This document shows positions 12,926-24,462 of a stretch of 64,000 bases of DNA, piece after piece. This stretch comes from an uncultured Planctomycetia bacterium (GTDB lineage Bacteria > Omnitrophota > Gorgyraeia > 2-02-FULL-51-18). The stretch covers positions 267 to 64,266 of the forward strand of contig CAYSKO010000010.1 in NCBI GenBank assembly GCA_964431835.1, written 5' to 3'. Below the pieces are notes generated by a model. The model made no database searches, was not told where the DNA came from, and worked only from the letters and a program-made list of their open reading frames with translations. The position numbers and the translations under genes are program-made. Every line of letters begins with the position of its first letter. Position 1 is the first letter of the stretch.

Positions 12926-14208
12926 TTCTCCACCCGGAGGACGACCGTTTTCTTCGAAGTTTCCTTCATCGCGTCGATTTCCTTCAAGGCCCGGCGCAGA
13001 TTCCGCTCGCGCGCCTCGTACGTGAGAATGATGACCGGCACCGATTTCGAATCGCGCGATTCCTTCTGGTGTACGGAGAGAATGGAGATGTCGTTTTTGC
13101 CGAGCGTTTGGGCGATTTTGCCGAGCACGCCCGGGCGGTCGAACACCTGGAAACGCAGGTAATAGCGCGAGACGATGTCGCCCACCGGCAAAGCCGGCAT
13201 TTTTACTGCGGCGGATTCCGGCTCCGACGGCGGACCTTCGCGCTTGGCGATGTCCAATATGTCGCTCACGACGGCGCTCGCGGTGGGCATCATTCCCGCG
13301 CCACGCCCGTAGAAAAGAAGATCGCCCGCCTGGTCGCCGTGCACGAAGACGGCGTTGTACACGCCCCACACGTTCGAAAGCGGGTGGCCGAAAGGCAGCA
13401 TTGTCGGGCTCACGCGAAGTTCGAGGCCCTTCTCGGTTTTCTTCCCGATCGCCAGGAGTTTGATGACGTAGCCGAGCTCGTACGCGAACGCGATCTCGTC
13501 GGCGGTGAGATCCCGGATTCCTTCCATCTGGATCGAGCCGAACGGAACGTCCGCGCCGAACGCCAGGCGCGCGAGCACCGCGAGTTTGTGCGCGGAATCG
13601 ACGCCGTCGATGTCGAGACCCGGGTTCGCTTCGGCGTAGCCTTTGTCCTGCGCCTCTTTGAGAGCCGCGCTAAAATCGAGCGACCTCTGCGACATCCCGG
13701 TGAGGATGTAGTTGCAGGTGCCATTCACGATGCCCATGAAGTGCGTGATGGTGTTCGAGACCAGGCCTTCGCGGATCGACTTGATGATCGGGATGCCGCC
13801 GCAGACCGACGCTTCGATGCCGATGCGGCGCTTGGCCTTCGCGGCGGCTTGGAAGATGCCCGCACCGTCTTCGGCGAGGAGTGCCTTATTGGCCGTCACG
13901 ACGTGCTTGCCCTCTTCGAACGCCTGGCGGAGGATCCGGCCCGCGGGCTTGAGGCCCCCGATCAGCTCCACCACGATGTCGATGGAGGGATCCTTCACGA
14001 CCTTTTCGTAATCGGTCGTGAGGAGGCTCTTCGAAACGCGTACGGCGCGCTTCTTGGAAAGCGACTTCACGCAGACGCGGCGCAGCACGAGCTTCACGCC
14101 CGTGCGCTTCTCGATCGACGCCGATTCCTCCTGGAGGATCTTGGCGACACCCGAGCCGACCGTTCCGAGGCCGATAAGGCCGAGATTGACGACTTTCGCG
14201 TTCGACAT
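12922..14208 (-). CDS. hom: Homoserine dehydrogenase with C-terminal ACT domain
   Basis: [29 protein letters not shown]; start reset to ATG at 14208 (the longer ORF runs into the tRNA). Confidence 0.96.
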   Translation of the reverse strand: MSNAKVVNLGLIGLGTVGSGVAKILQEESASIEKRTGVKLVLRRVCVKSLSKKRAVRVSKSLLTTDYEKVVKDPSIDIVVELIGGLKPAGRILRQAFEEGKHVVTANKALLAEDGAGIFQAAAKAKRRIGIEASVCGGIPIIKSIREGLVSNTITHFMGIVNGTCNYILTGMSQRSLDFSAALKEAQDKGYAEANPGLDIDGVDSAHKLAVLARLAFGADVPFGSIQMEGIRDLTADEIAFAYELGYVIKLLAIGKKTEKGLELRVSPTMLPFGHPLSNVWGVYNAVFVHGDQAGDLLFYGRGAGMMPTASAVVSDILDIAKREGPPSEPESAAVKMPALPVGDIVSRYYLRFQVFDRPGVLGKIAQTLGKNDISILSVHQKESRDSKSVPVIILTYEARERNLRRALKEIDAMKETSKKTVVLRVEK

Positions 14209-14249
14209 TTTTCTTCCCGTGACTCTGGGGTTACTTTCCGACCAAAAAT

Positions 14250-14328
14250 TGGTCGGGGCGGCGGGATTCGAACCCACGATCTCCTGCACCCCAAGCAGGC
14301 GCTCTAGACCAAGCTGAGCCACACCCCG
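14250..14328 (-). tRNA. tRNA-Pro (anticodon GGG)
   Basis: Cloverleaf by hand: CGGGGTG/CGCCCCG acceptor, CCTGC-TTGGGGT-GCAGG anticodon arm, TTCGAAT T-loop, encoded CCA. Confidence 0.97.
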
Positions 14329-14414
14329 ACGTAAACTTTTCGATTTTTAATTCAGGAACCGGCATAGGGTTTGCCGATCTCCTAGCCCCTCACGCCCTAA
14401 CCGATCACGCTGGT

Positions 14415-15062
14415 TTATTCCGTCGTGCCCGTCTCGGACGCGCTCGGTTCAACTGGCGGCGGCGCGCTTCCTGTGAAAGCGACCGGCGGTTCCGATTCTG
14501 CGAGAGGCGCGTCGCTCGGCGCGGCCTCCGCGATCGTCTTCGCCTTCGCGGCCGCGTCGGCTGCTTCTTTCTCGGCGTCCCAGGGGCTTTTTTTATCGTA
14601 GTCCCATTCGATCGCCGGAAATTCGTAGCCGGCCAGGCGTCGCGAGCCATCCCAATCTTCGCCGTGGCCGATCTCGACCACGCGGCCGGTCGTGATTTCC
14701 ACCGTCGCGGTCAGGTGCGACGAGAACGGCAGCGTCGTCTGGTACCAAAGCTCTTCGTAGTCCCCGCCGACGGACGGCGTCGTAAAATCGGGCACGCCGA
14801 CTTTCTCGACGAATTCCTCGCGGGTGCCGCCGATCTCGAACACCTTCGCCCGCTCGGACTCGAGCTCTTGGCCGTCGGTCAGCGTCTCCGTTCCTGTATC
14901 CGTGCCCGTCTCGGAGGAAAATTCGAGATCGGAATCGCCGGGACCCGGACCCGCGTCGAGCGCGTCGGGCAACTCGCTCTCGGTGCCGATACTCGCATAC
15001 GCGCGCACGGCGGCGACCAGCATGAGAACGGCGATCCCTACGAAAAGCTTCGAAATTTTCAT
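14415..15062 (-). CDS. Secreted acidic hypothetical protein with possible BamE/SmpA/BLIP-like central domain
   Basis: Signal peptide ending AYA; central GGTREEFVEKVGVPD...ELWY...VEITTGRVVEI pattern; acidic/Pro-rich flanks. Confidence 0.7.
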   Translation of the reverse strand: MKISKLFVGIAVLMLVAAVRAYASIGTESELPDALDAGPGPGDSDLEFSSETGTDTGTETLTDGQELESERAKVFEIGGTREEFVEKVGVPDFTTPSVGGDYEELWYQTTLPFSSHLTATVEITTGRVVEIGHGEDWDGSRRLAGYEFPAIEWDYDKKSPWDAEKEAADAAAKAKTIAEAAPSDAPLAESEPPVAFTGSAPPPVEPSASETGTTE

Positions 15063-15063
15063 C

Positions 15064-15249
15064 TTACCGCAGCGGTCGTTTCGACCCGCGGAACAAAAGC
15101 CACGAAATCCAAAATTGTCCTAGAGCGACGGAGGCGACGATCCAGCTCATCGCCCAGTCACCGCGTTTCAGCGGAGCGATCAGGTACGACAGCGTCGCCG
15201 CGCCAGTGGCGATCAGCGCCCACGCGGCGGCGACGAACGCGGCCTTCAC
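15064..15249 (-). CDS. Small two-helix membrane protein
   Basis: 61 aa, two hydrophobic segments; GTG start overlaps gpsA stop and the ORF fills the gap exactly. Confidence 0.65.
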   Translation of the reverse strand: MKAAFVAAAWALIATGAATLSYLIAPLKRGDWAMSWIVASVALGQFWISWLLFRGSKRPLR

Positions 15250-16253
15250 TCCCGCTCGTTTCGCTGGTCGCTACACATGAGCGCTTGGACCACGACTTTC
15301 GGGTCGCGGCGCCGGAAAAGAACGTCGTGGACGGCTTCCGCGATCGGCATCTTCACCTTCAGCTTCTTGGCGAGGCGGTAAGTGGCCAGGGCGGTATCGA
15401 CGCCCTCGACGACCATCTCCGTCTCCCCTAAAATTTTCTTGAGCGCCTTCCCCTTGCCAATCTCCTCGCCAAGCGAGCGGTTGCGGCTGTGGGGCGAAAG
15501 ACAGGTGGTCGCGAGATCCCCGAGGCCCGAAAGGCCCATAAACGTTTCCCGGCGCGCTCCCATTGTTTGACCCAAGCGCGCCATTTCGGCCACGCCGCGC
15601 GCGAAAAGAACTGCACGGGTGTTCGAACCGTAGCCGAGCCCTTGCACGATGCCGGACGCGATCGCGAGGACGTTCTTCACGGAGCCTCCGAGCTCGACGC
15701 CGATGACGTCGCTCGTCGTGAAAAGCACGAACGTGTCGGTCATGAACGCTTCGCGTGTCTTCTCGGCCAGCGTGGCGCTCTTCGACGCCACCGAAGCGGC
15801 CGAAGGGTACTTCATCGCGACGTCGCGCGCGATCGTCGGTCCCGACAGAACGGCGACGCTCACGCTCCCCAGCTCTTCACGCACGACCTCGGACATCGTT
15901 TTCAAAGATCCGGTCTCGATCCCCTTCGACACGATCACGAAGGACTTCCGCTTCAGGTTCAAACCACGCAGTTTCCGCACCACGGGCCGCATGTACTGGG
16001 ACGGCGCGGCGAGCACGATCCACTCGGCATCGGCGACCGCCTTCGGCGCATCGGAGATAAGCTCGATCGAAGCGGGAATTTTGAATCCCGGCAGAAATTT
16101 TACGTTCTCACGGCGCTTTTTCATCTCCTCGACGTACTCGGAGGAAGCGCCCCACAGCGACGGACGGTACCCGTTTTGTGCCAACAAAAGAGCGAGGGTG
16201 GTTCCCCACCCCCCGTTTCCCAAAACAACGATTTTTGTATCTTTTGATGGCAT
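15246..16253 (-). CDS. gpsA: NAD(P)H-dependent glycerol-3-phosphate dehydrogenase
   Basis: GNGGWGT, SKGIE, LSGP, KNVLAIASG, GLGDL...SRN. Confidence 0.97.
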   Translation of the reverse strand: MPSKDTKIVVLGNGGWGTTLALLLAQNGYRPSLWGASSEYVEEMKKRRENVKFLPGFKIPASIELISDAPKAVADAEWIVLAAPSQYMRPVVRKLRGLNLKRKSFVIVSKGIETGSLKTMSEVVREELGSVSVAVLSGPTIARDVAMKYPSAASVASKSATLAEKTREAFMTDTFVLFTTSDVIGVELGGSVKNVLAIASGIVQGLGYGSNTRAVLFARGVAEMARLGQTMGARRETFMGLSGLGDLATTCLSPHSRNRSLGEEIGKGKALKKILGETEMVVEGVDTALATYRLAKKLKVKMPIAEAVHDVLFRRRDPKVVVQALMCSDQRNERE

Positions 16254-16297
16254 AAGGACTTAGAAGGTCGTCTCGCGCCTCTTTTGGTGAAAAAATA

Positions 16298-16326
16298 AGT
16301 ATAGCAAACCTAGGGGGTAGGGTCAA
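16298..16326 (-). promoter_or_regulatory. sigma70-type promoter of gpsA
   Basis: TTGACC-N17-TATACT with extended TG. Confidence 0.7.
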
Positions 16327-16345
16327 TTCCGAAAATTGCCGTAAC

Positions 16346-16765
16346 TCAGGCGTTTTGAGGGAGATTCGCTCCGAACGGAGAGCCACCAGGGAACCGGTCG
16401 GAGAGCATATCGAACTTGATGGTGTGCATAAAGACGACCGCGAAGACGTGCAGATCCTGAACGACGTAGAAACTTCCGATCACGCGGTAAATCATCTGTC
16501 CGACGCCGGTCTTGTGATCGAAGGTCTTCCGGATGGAGACGTGGCGGTCTTTTTTCGTGTACCCGCCGTGGGACTGGACATTCATCCAGCTCTTCAGTTG
16601 CTCGGCGCTCTTCGACGTATTCTGCTCCGAGACGTAGTAGGAGTACTTCTTCTCCGCGCGCGCCACGACCCCGTCCTGATCGATCAGCTCCACGATCGAG
16701 AGATTCTTGCGTTTATGGTTGTTCGACGTCGTGGTCTTGATGCTGATCTCTCTCATGGGATTCAC
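16346..16765 (-). CDS. Hypothetical protein (139 aa)
   Basis: Start overlaps the HD-GYP stop; globular, beta-rich-looking composition; no family recognised. Confidence 0.7.
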   Translation of the reverse strand: MNPMREISIKTTTSNNHKRKNLSIVELIDQDGVVARAEKKYSYYVSEQNTSKSAEQLKSWMNVQSHGGYTKKDRHVSIRKTFDHKTGVGQMIYRVIGSFYVVQDLHVFAVVFMHTIKFDMLSDRFPGGSPFGANLPQNA

Positions 16766-17430
16766 GCGGCCTTCACTCGTTTGTGAGGAATCTCTATCTT
16801 TTTGACGGGACGCCCCGTCTCCACGATCTTGAGGAACGCTTTCACGAGATGCGGGTCGAACTGCGTGCCGGAACAGCGATGGAACTCCGCGATCACTTCG
16901 TCCATGGCGAGGGCTTTTCGGTAAGGCCGGTCCGTCGTCATCGCGTCGAACGCGTCGGCGATGGTGATGATCTTGACCTCGAGCGGGATCTGGTCCTTCT
17001 TCAAACCGTACGGATACCCTTTCCCGTCGAAGCGCTCGTGATGATGGAGGATGATCGGGATCCCCTGCTTGATGAACTTGAGATCGCAGAGGATTTCGGA
17101 ACCGTAAAGCGGGTGAAGCTCGATCTGCGCGCGTTCTTCGATCGTGAGCTTCCCGGGCTTGAGGAGGATATTATCCGATACCCGGATTTTGCCCACGTCG
17201 TGCAGGCGGCAGCAGTGACGAAGGAGTTGGAGCTTCTTTTTGCCCAGCGCCAGGTGCGCCCCGAGCCAAACTGCGTAAGTCGTTACCCGCTCCGAGTGGC
17301 CGCGCGTGTAAGGATCGCGCGCCTCAATGGCGTAAGCGAGGGTGTTGATCGTCGCGATATTCGAATTCTTATTCGCCAGGATCAATTGACGCTGGCGATA
17401 GTCCGATATGCGCCTAGGAATCATGTTCAC
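16762..17430 (-). CDS. Stand-alone HD-GYP domain protein (putative cyclic-dinucleotide phosphodiesterase)
   Basis: RDPYTRGHSERV, LHDVGK, HHERFDGKGYP, IADAFDAMTTDRPYR; start could be the ATG at 17424. Confidence 0.93.
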   Translation of the reverse strand: MNMIPRRISDYRQRQLILANKNSNIATINTLAYAIEARDPYTRGHSERVTTYAVWLGAHLALGKKKLQLLRHCCRLHDVGKIRVSDNILLKPGKLTIEERAQIELHPLYGSEILCDLKFIKQGIPIILHHHERFDGKGYPYGLKKDQIPLEVKIITIADAFDAMTTDRPYRKALAMDEVIAEFHRCSGTQFDPHLVKAFLKIVETGRPVKKIEIPHKRVKAA

Positions 17431-17560
17431 CCCATCCGCTATGACATTTTAAATAAATTAAAGAACTACTCTAAAAAAAAATCGCCGTACAACAGGAGTA
17501 TACCCGGGTAGGCAGGGGTTACCAAGAGTCGGCGCCACCGAACAGTAAATATTGTATCTA

Positions 17561-18166
17561 CTAACTAATCTTTTTCTCTTCCCCTTTCTTGAGCCGGGAG
17601 ATGTTTTCACGGTGCGTCCATACGACGAGGCCCACCATGATAAACGCGCAGAGCACTGTCCCTGCGTTCACGTGGATACGAACGATACCCAGGATCACCG
17701 CAGTGATGAGAAATGCTACGAGCGCGGCGAGCGAGCTAACGGAAACGATGCGGGTGGTTTTGAAAGTCGAAAGCCAGACAGGCAGAGCGGAGGCGAATGC
17801 GACGGGAAGTCCCGCCGCCGCTGCGCCGGCTCCGGTGGCGACGCCCTTCCCGCCCTTGAAACCCAGGAAAGGCGTGAAGACATGCCCGAGCATCGCCGAT
17901 AGACCGATCCAAAGCGCGCGCTCCGGCGGCCCGTCGGCCAGCCGGAAAAGAAGTGCGGGAAGAAGTCCCTTTAAAAAATCCACCGCAAACACGATACGCC
18001 CCGCGTCTTTTCCGAGCACCCGGAACGCGTTGGTCGCGCCGACATTCCCGCTTCCGTGCTTCCGGATGTCCGTTTTAAAGAAAACACGCCCGAAGACGTA
18101 AGCCGTAGGAAACGATCCGGCGAAAAACGCCACGACCATAAAAAGAAGCATCTGGCGGCTGCTCAT
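17561..18166 (-). CDS. plsY: Glycerol-3-phosphate acyltransferase
   Basis: DIRKHGSGNVGATN, DFLKG, GH...FKGGKGVAT, HRENISRL. Confidence 0.96.
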   Translation of the reverse strand: MSSRQMLLFMVVAFFAGSFPTAYVFGRVFFKTDIRKHGSGNVGATNAFRVLGKDAGRIVFAVDFLKGLLPALLFRLADGPPERALWIGLSAMLGHVFTPFLGFKGGKGVATGAGAAAAGLPVAFASALPVWLSTFKTTRIVSVSSLAALVAFLITAVILGIVRIHVNAGTVLCAFIMVGLVVWTHRENISRLKKGEEKKIS

Positions 18167-18723
18167 GGGATAAGCCTTTTACCGATGCGGATGTACAGGA
18201 TGCCCGAAGCAACCGTCAGGATTCCGGTGAGTCCAAAAAAAAGATTCCGGAGCGGTTCGGGAGCCGCCACGAGCGCCAAAAGGATGGTGAGCATCTGGAC
18301 GAGGGTCGTGGCCTTGCTCGTGAAGAGCGGTTCGGCCTTGAGTCGGCCCGTCGTCATGAAGACGACGCCTGATCCGGAAAGGATGAGAAGATCGCGCGCG
18401 AGAACGAGAATCGTCGTCCACGCGGGCACGCGGATCTCGGGCGGGAGATGGTTCATGTACGTCAGCGAAAGAAATCCGGACACGAGGAGAAGCTTGTCGG
18501 CGATCGGATCCATGTAGGCGCCGAACGCGGTCAGTTGGTTCAGCCGCCGCGCAAGGTAGCCGTCCAAGGCGTCCGTCGCACACGCGACGAGGAAGGTCAG
18601 TATCGCGAGTTTGAGGAAATACGGTTTATCAGGAGCCGCGTACGTGAGGCAGGTCACGAAAACCGGGACCAGAAGCGCGCGGAGGATCGTGAGATTGTTG
18701 GCGACGTTCCGGCCGCCGGCCAT
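18163..18723 (-). CDS. CDP-alcohol phosphatidyltransferase family protein
   Basis: TDALDGYLAR...GAYMDPIADK signature. Confidence 0.92.
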   Translation of the reverse strand: MAGGRNVANNLTILRALLVPVFVTCLTYAAPDKPYFLKLAILTFLVACATDALDGYLARRLNQLTAFGAYMDPIADKLLLVSGFLSLTYMNHLPPEIRVPAWTTILVLARDLLILSGSGVVFMTTGRLKAEPLFTSKATTLVQMLTILLALVAAPEPLRNLFFGLTGILTVASGILYIRIGKRLIP

Positions 18724-19284
18724 CTATTCCAGCTTGCCGACGCGCCGCGGCGGCCACCAGCGGAAGAACGCCTTCCCGAGCACGTTCTTCGCGGGCACGA
18801 AGCCCCAGAAGCGGCTGTCGGTGGAATTCGCGCTGTTGTCTCCGAGCACGTAGTAGGAATCCGCGGGGACCTTCACGACGACGCCGGGGCCGCCGTAATC
18901 CTCGTGGTTGTAATAATAGAAGCGGTTGAATACCTCTTCGGTGACCGGACGTCCGTCGACGAAGAGCTTCCCGTCCCGGATCTCGACGGTCTCGCCGCCC
19001 TTGGCGACCAGACGCTTGATGAAATCTTTCTTTTTATCCTGGGGATACTTGAAGACGACGATGTCGCCGCGTTCCGGATCCTGGAAGCGGTAGATAAACT
19101 TGTTCACAAAGAGCTTGTCGCCCTCGAGCAGGGTCGGCCGCATCGAACCCGACGGGATCTTGAATGCCTGAACGACGTACGTGCGGATCACGAGAGTCAG
19201 GACCAGCGCGATCAGGATCGACTGGATCCATTCGCGCGTCTCGCGCTTCACGTCTTCCTTCGTGATTTTAGGAAAAAGGCCCAT
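18724..19284 (-). CDS. lepB: Signal peptidase I
   Basis: IPSGSMRPTL, FIKR, GDNSANSTDSR. Confidence 0.97.
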   Translation of the reverse strand: MGLFPKITKEDVKRETREWIQSILIALVLTLVIRTYVVQAFKIPSGSMRPTLLEGDKLFVNKFIYRFQDPERGDIVVFKYPQDKKKDFIKRLVAKGGETVEIRDGKLFVDGRPVTEEVFNRFYYYNHEDYGGPGVVVKVPADSYYVLGDNSANSTDSRFWGFVPAKNVLGKAFFRWWPPRRVGKLE

Positions 19285-21084
<1,800 letters not shown>

Positions 21085-21100
21085 TTGAGGGTTTCTTTTT

Positions 21101-22510
21101 TCAGGCGCCGACCGGCAGGTTCAGCGAAAGTTCCTTGCCGCGCGCCACGAAGGATTCCGCGAGCTTCTGCGAAGTCGCTTCGGAGTAGATCCTAAGGAGC
21201 GGCTCGGTGCCCGAGAGGCGGAAAAGAAGCCAGCTTCCGTCGTCGGTCACGAACTTCATGCCGTCTTTGGGGTTCACCTCGACAACCTTCTTGCCCTCGA
21301 TCTCCTGGGGCGGGTTCTGCCGGAGATAGGCGAAGAGCTTGGGCTTTAAGTCGTTCGGATATTCGATATCCTGGCGCGTGTAATAGAGTCTGCCGAATTC
21401 GCGTTCGACTTCCTTCAAGATCTCGTCGATGGTCTTGCCGCGCATCGCCATCATTTCCATGAGAAGGAGGCCCGACAGCATGCCGTCGCGTTCGTACATG
21501 TAATCCGGAAATCCGAGACCGCCCGATTCCTCGCCGCCGAGAAGAATTGGCTCGCGCCGCATGATCTCGGAGACGTATTTGAAGCCAACCGGCGTCTCGT
21601 ACACTTTGAGGCCGTGCTTCTTGGCGATCTTGTAAAGGAGGCGCGTGTTCGAGACGGTTGTGACGATATTCCCCTTCTTGCCGAGATCCTCGCAGAAATG
21701 GATGAGGATGAGCGATAGGATGACCCCCGGCGTGATGAATTCGCCGCCTGGTCGGATCGCGCCGACGCGGTCGGCATCTCCGTCGGTCACGACGCAAAGG
21801 TCGTAATCGCCGGACTTCATGAGCTCGGTCGCGTTCTTGAGGTAATTCGGAATGGGCTCGGGGGCGTGCCCGCCGAAGGCGACGTCGCGATTGCCGCGGA
21901 TCGTCTTTACGCTGATCTTGCCGCCGGCGAGGATGCGCTCGACGTTGTCCGCGCCCACGCCGTGCATGGAATCGACGAGAATGCGGTAAGGGGAGTTTTT
22001 GATCGCGTCGAACTTCACGTAGCTCTTCAGGTACTCGAGATACTTTTCGTTAAAATCGCGCACGACAGGATTCGACGCCGTCAGAGCGGCTTTCTTGACG
22101 GGAGACTCTCCGATCAGCGCTTCGACGGCGTCGGTGACGGTCTTGTCGGCCGAACCGCCCCAACTCGTCTTGATCTTAATTCCGTTGTAGCCGGGCGGAT
22201 TATGACTCGCCGTGACGACGATGCCCGCGGTCATTTTGCCGCTGACAATCGCGTAACTCACCGCCGGCGTCGGGCACGCCCGGGACGAAAGCTCGACCTT
22301 GAAACCGTTGCCGACGAGGACTTCGGCGAACGCTTTGGCGAAATTCTCGGAGTTTTGGCGGTAATCGTAACCGATCGCCACCGCGGGGGTGTCGGTCGAC
22401 GCGAGCGTGTAGTCCGCGAAAGCCTGAGCGAGGCTCACGACGTTCTGGGTCGTGAAGTCCTTGTCCATGAGCGCGCGCCAGCCGTCCGTACCGAATTTGA
22501 TCACTGACAT
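21101..22510 (-). CDS. Phosphoglucomutase/phosphomannomutase family protein
   Basis: FGTDGWR, TASHNP, DGDADR, GEESGG, RLSGTEP. Confidence 0.95.
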   Translation of the reverse strand: MSVIKFGTDGWRALMDKDFTTQNVVSLAQAFADYTLASTDTPAVAIGYDYRQNSENFAKAFAEVLVGNGFKVELSSRACPTPAVSYAIVSGKMTAGIVVTASHNPPGYNGIKIKTSWGGSADKTVTDAVEALIGESPVKKAALTASNPVVRDFNEKYLEYLKSYVKFDAIKNSPYRILVDSMHGVGADNVERILAGGKISVKTIRGNRDVAFGGHAPEPIPNYLKNATELMKSGDYDLCVVTDGDADRVGAIRPGGEFITPGVILSLILIHFCEDLGKKGNIVTTVSNTRLLYKIAKKHGLKVYETPVGFKYVSEIMRREPILLGGEESGGLGFPDYMYERDGMLSGLLLMEMMAMRGKTIDEILKEVEREFGRLYYTRQDIEYPNDLKPKLFAYLRQNPPQEIEGKKVVEVNPKDGMKFVTDDGSWLLFRLSGTEPLLRIYSEATSQKLAESFVARGKELSLNLPVGA

Positions 22511-23142
22511 CTGAGGTCCTCGATTGCGCGTTTAGCGTCGGGTTTGCCGAAGACCGCGGTACCGGCCACGAGAACGTTCGCGCCGGCCCTCACGACTTCC
22601 GGAGCCGTTTCTTTGTTGATCCCGCCGTCCACTTCGATATCCCCCGTCCAGCGCCCGCGGAGATCGCGGATCTTGGGAAGAACCTCGGGCATGAACGCCT
22701 GGCCGCCGAATCCGGGATTCACCGTCATGAGGAGAACCAGGTCGAGCCTGTCGAGGTCGCGCTCGATCGCCGAGAGAGGCGTCGCGGGCTTGAGCGACAC
22801 GCCGCGACGGACTTTGCGGGAGCCGATCTCATCGAGCAGCTGGGAAAGATTTCCGTTACACGCCTCGACGTGTACCGTGATACTGTCCGCGCCCGCGTCT
22901 GCGAAAGCGCCCACGTATTTCTCGGGATACTCGATCATGAGATGCACGTCGAGCGGAAGCTTCGTGACCTTGCGGATCGCTTTCACGACCACCGGCCCGA
23001 TGGTCAGGTTCGGCACGAAATGGCCATCCATCACGTCGACGTGCAGCCAGTCGCAGCCGGCCGCCTCGACCCGCGCGATCTCGTCTGCGAGCCGTGCGAA
23101 ATCCGCCGACAGGATCGACGGGGCGATCTTCACTTGCGGCAA
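22501..23142 (-). CDS. rpe: Ribulose-phosphate 3-epimerase
   Basis: APSILSADF, HVDVMDGHFVPN, MTVNPGFGGQ, VDGG. Confidence 0.97.
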   Translation of the reverse strand: MPQVKIAPSILSADFARLADEIARVEAAGCDWLHVDVMDGHFVPNLTIGPVVVKAIRKVTKLPLDVHLMIEYPEKYVGAFADAGADSITVHVEACNGNLSQLLDEIGSRKVRRGVSLKPATPLSAIERDLDRLDLVLLMTVNPGFGGQAFMPEVLPKIRDLRGRWTGDIEVDGGINKETAPEVVRAGANVLVAGTAVFGKPDAKRAIEDLRCQ

Positions 23143-23187
23143 CTTTGCCTCCCAAACGTCAAAAGGTTTCCGGAAGAAGGCATTAGT

Positions 23188-24462
23188 TTAGCACGCGGAA
23201 AGGAGTTGCGAAAGCTCCCGCTCGACGCTTTCCGATACGGGGCCCACCACCGCCATGTCGAGCGGCTTGCCCTCGAAGAGCGAAGCCGCGACCCGGCGGA
23301 CGTCGTCCGGGGTCACCTTCTCGATTCCGGCGAAGACTTCCTCGGGTGCCCGGCAGCGACCGAGGCTCACCATGCTCTCACCTGCCCAAAGCATCCCGTT
23401 CATCGTGTTCTCGAGCGAAAGGTCGAGCTGGCCCGTCGTGAATTCCTTCGCGCGGCGGAGTTCGTCGGCCGACGGCGGCTCCTTCGCGATGCGGCGGAGT
23501 TCGGCGAGAATCACCTCTAGCGCCTCACGGATCTTCTTCGCGTCGATGCCCGCGGACACGACGAAAGCGCCGGTCTCGTGGTACTTCCGCACCGACGTGC
23601 CAATGTCGTACGCCAGGCCCCGCTCCTCACGCACTTCGTTGAAGAGCCGGGATGACATATTGCCGCCGAGAATCGTCGAAAGGACGTCGAGCGCGTGTTC
23701 ATCCGGATGTTCCTTCGCGAATGTCCGGAGACCGAGCGCCACGTGCGTCTGCTCGATCGGCTTCCGGACGACTCGCAGTAAAGATTTGGGCGAGGACTCC
23801 CTGAAAAGGCCGAGCTCCCTCGTGGTCTTCTTCCGCGATCCGGCGAACGCGCGTTCCGAGATTTCGAGGAGTTGCTTGGAAGTGACATCGCCGGCGGCGA
23901 CCACCGTGATGAGTCCCGGATTGTAGAACGAGTCGCGGTAATCGACGAGGTCCTTCCGCGTGAGCCCGGTCACGGTCTCAACCGTGCCGGTCAGCGCGCG
24001 GCCGAGCGCGTGGCCCGGCCACATGATCTCGGCGAGGATTTCCTCGGCGTATTGCGAAGGCTGGTCTTGGGTCATCTTGATCTCTTCGATGATGACCGTA
24101 CGCTCTTTCTCGAGGTCCGCTTCGGTGATCGAGGCGTCGAGAACCATGTCGGCGAGCACGTCGAACACCGTCTCAAATTGACGGCTCGAGGCCTTTGCAA
24201 GGAAGCACGTGCACTCCTCGGAAGTGAAGGCGTTGAGCGAGCCGCCGGAACCCTCAACGGATTCCTTGATCTGGTTAGCGGTGCGTTTTTTTGTGCCTTT
24301 AAAGACGATGTGCTCGAGGAAATGCGAAACACCCGAGAGCCGCGGTTCTTCGTCGCGGCCGCCTGTGTGGACCCAGATTCCGATGGAGACCGAGCGGCGC
24401 TCCTTCATCGGCACGGCGAGCGCGCGAATTCCGTTGGAGAGAGTCGAGATTTCGACGTTCAC
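23188..24462 (-). CDS. M16 (pitrilysin) family zinc peptidase
   Basis: HFLEH inverted zincin motif, NAFTS, SSRLFNEVREERGLAY. Confidence 0.95.
   Translation of the reverse strand: MNVEISTLSNGIRALAVPMKERRSVSIGIWVHTGGRDEEPRLSGVSHFLEHIVFKGTKKRTANQIKESVEGSGGSLNAFTSEECTCFLAKASSRQFETVFDVLADMVLDASITEADLEKERTVIIEEIKMTQDQPSQYAEEILAEIMWPGHALGRALTGTVETVTGLTRKDLVDYRDSFYNPGLITVVAAGDVTSKQLLEISERAFAGSRKKTTRELGLFRESSPKSLLRVVRKPIEQTHVALGLRTFAKEHPDEHALDVLSTILGGNMSSRLFNEVREERGLAYDIGTSVRKYHETGAFVVSAGIDAKKIREALEVILAELRRIAKEPPSADELRRAKEFTTGQLDLSLENTMNGMLWAGESMVSLGRCRAPEEVFAGIEKVTPDDVRRVAASLFEGKPLDMAVVGPVSESVERELSQLLSAC

Noticed and set aside
12922-14322. N-terminal extensions in the ORF track for hom, the macrodomain gene, coaX, thrC, hisD, trpC, dut, ribF and acyP
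   Set aside because: Extensions run through tRNAs or upstream genes; downstream starts match family N-termini and stop/start overlaps.
17431-17560. c-di-GMP riboswitch upstream of the HD-GYP gene
   Set aside because: No GEMM-like two-hairpin structure visible; region is simply AT-rich.
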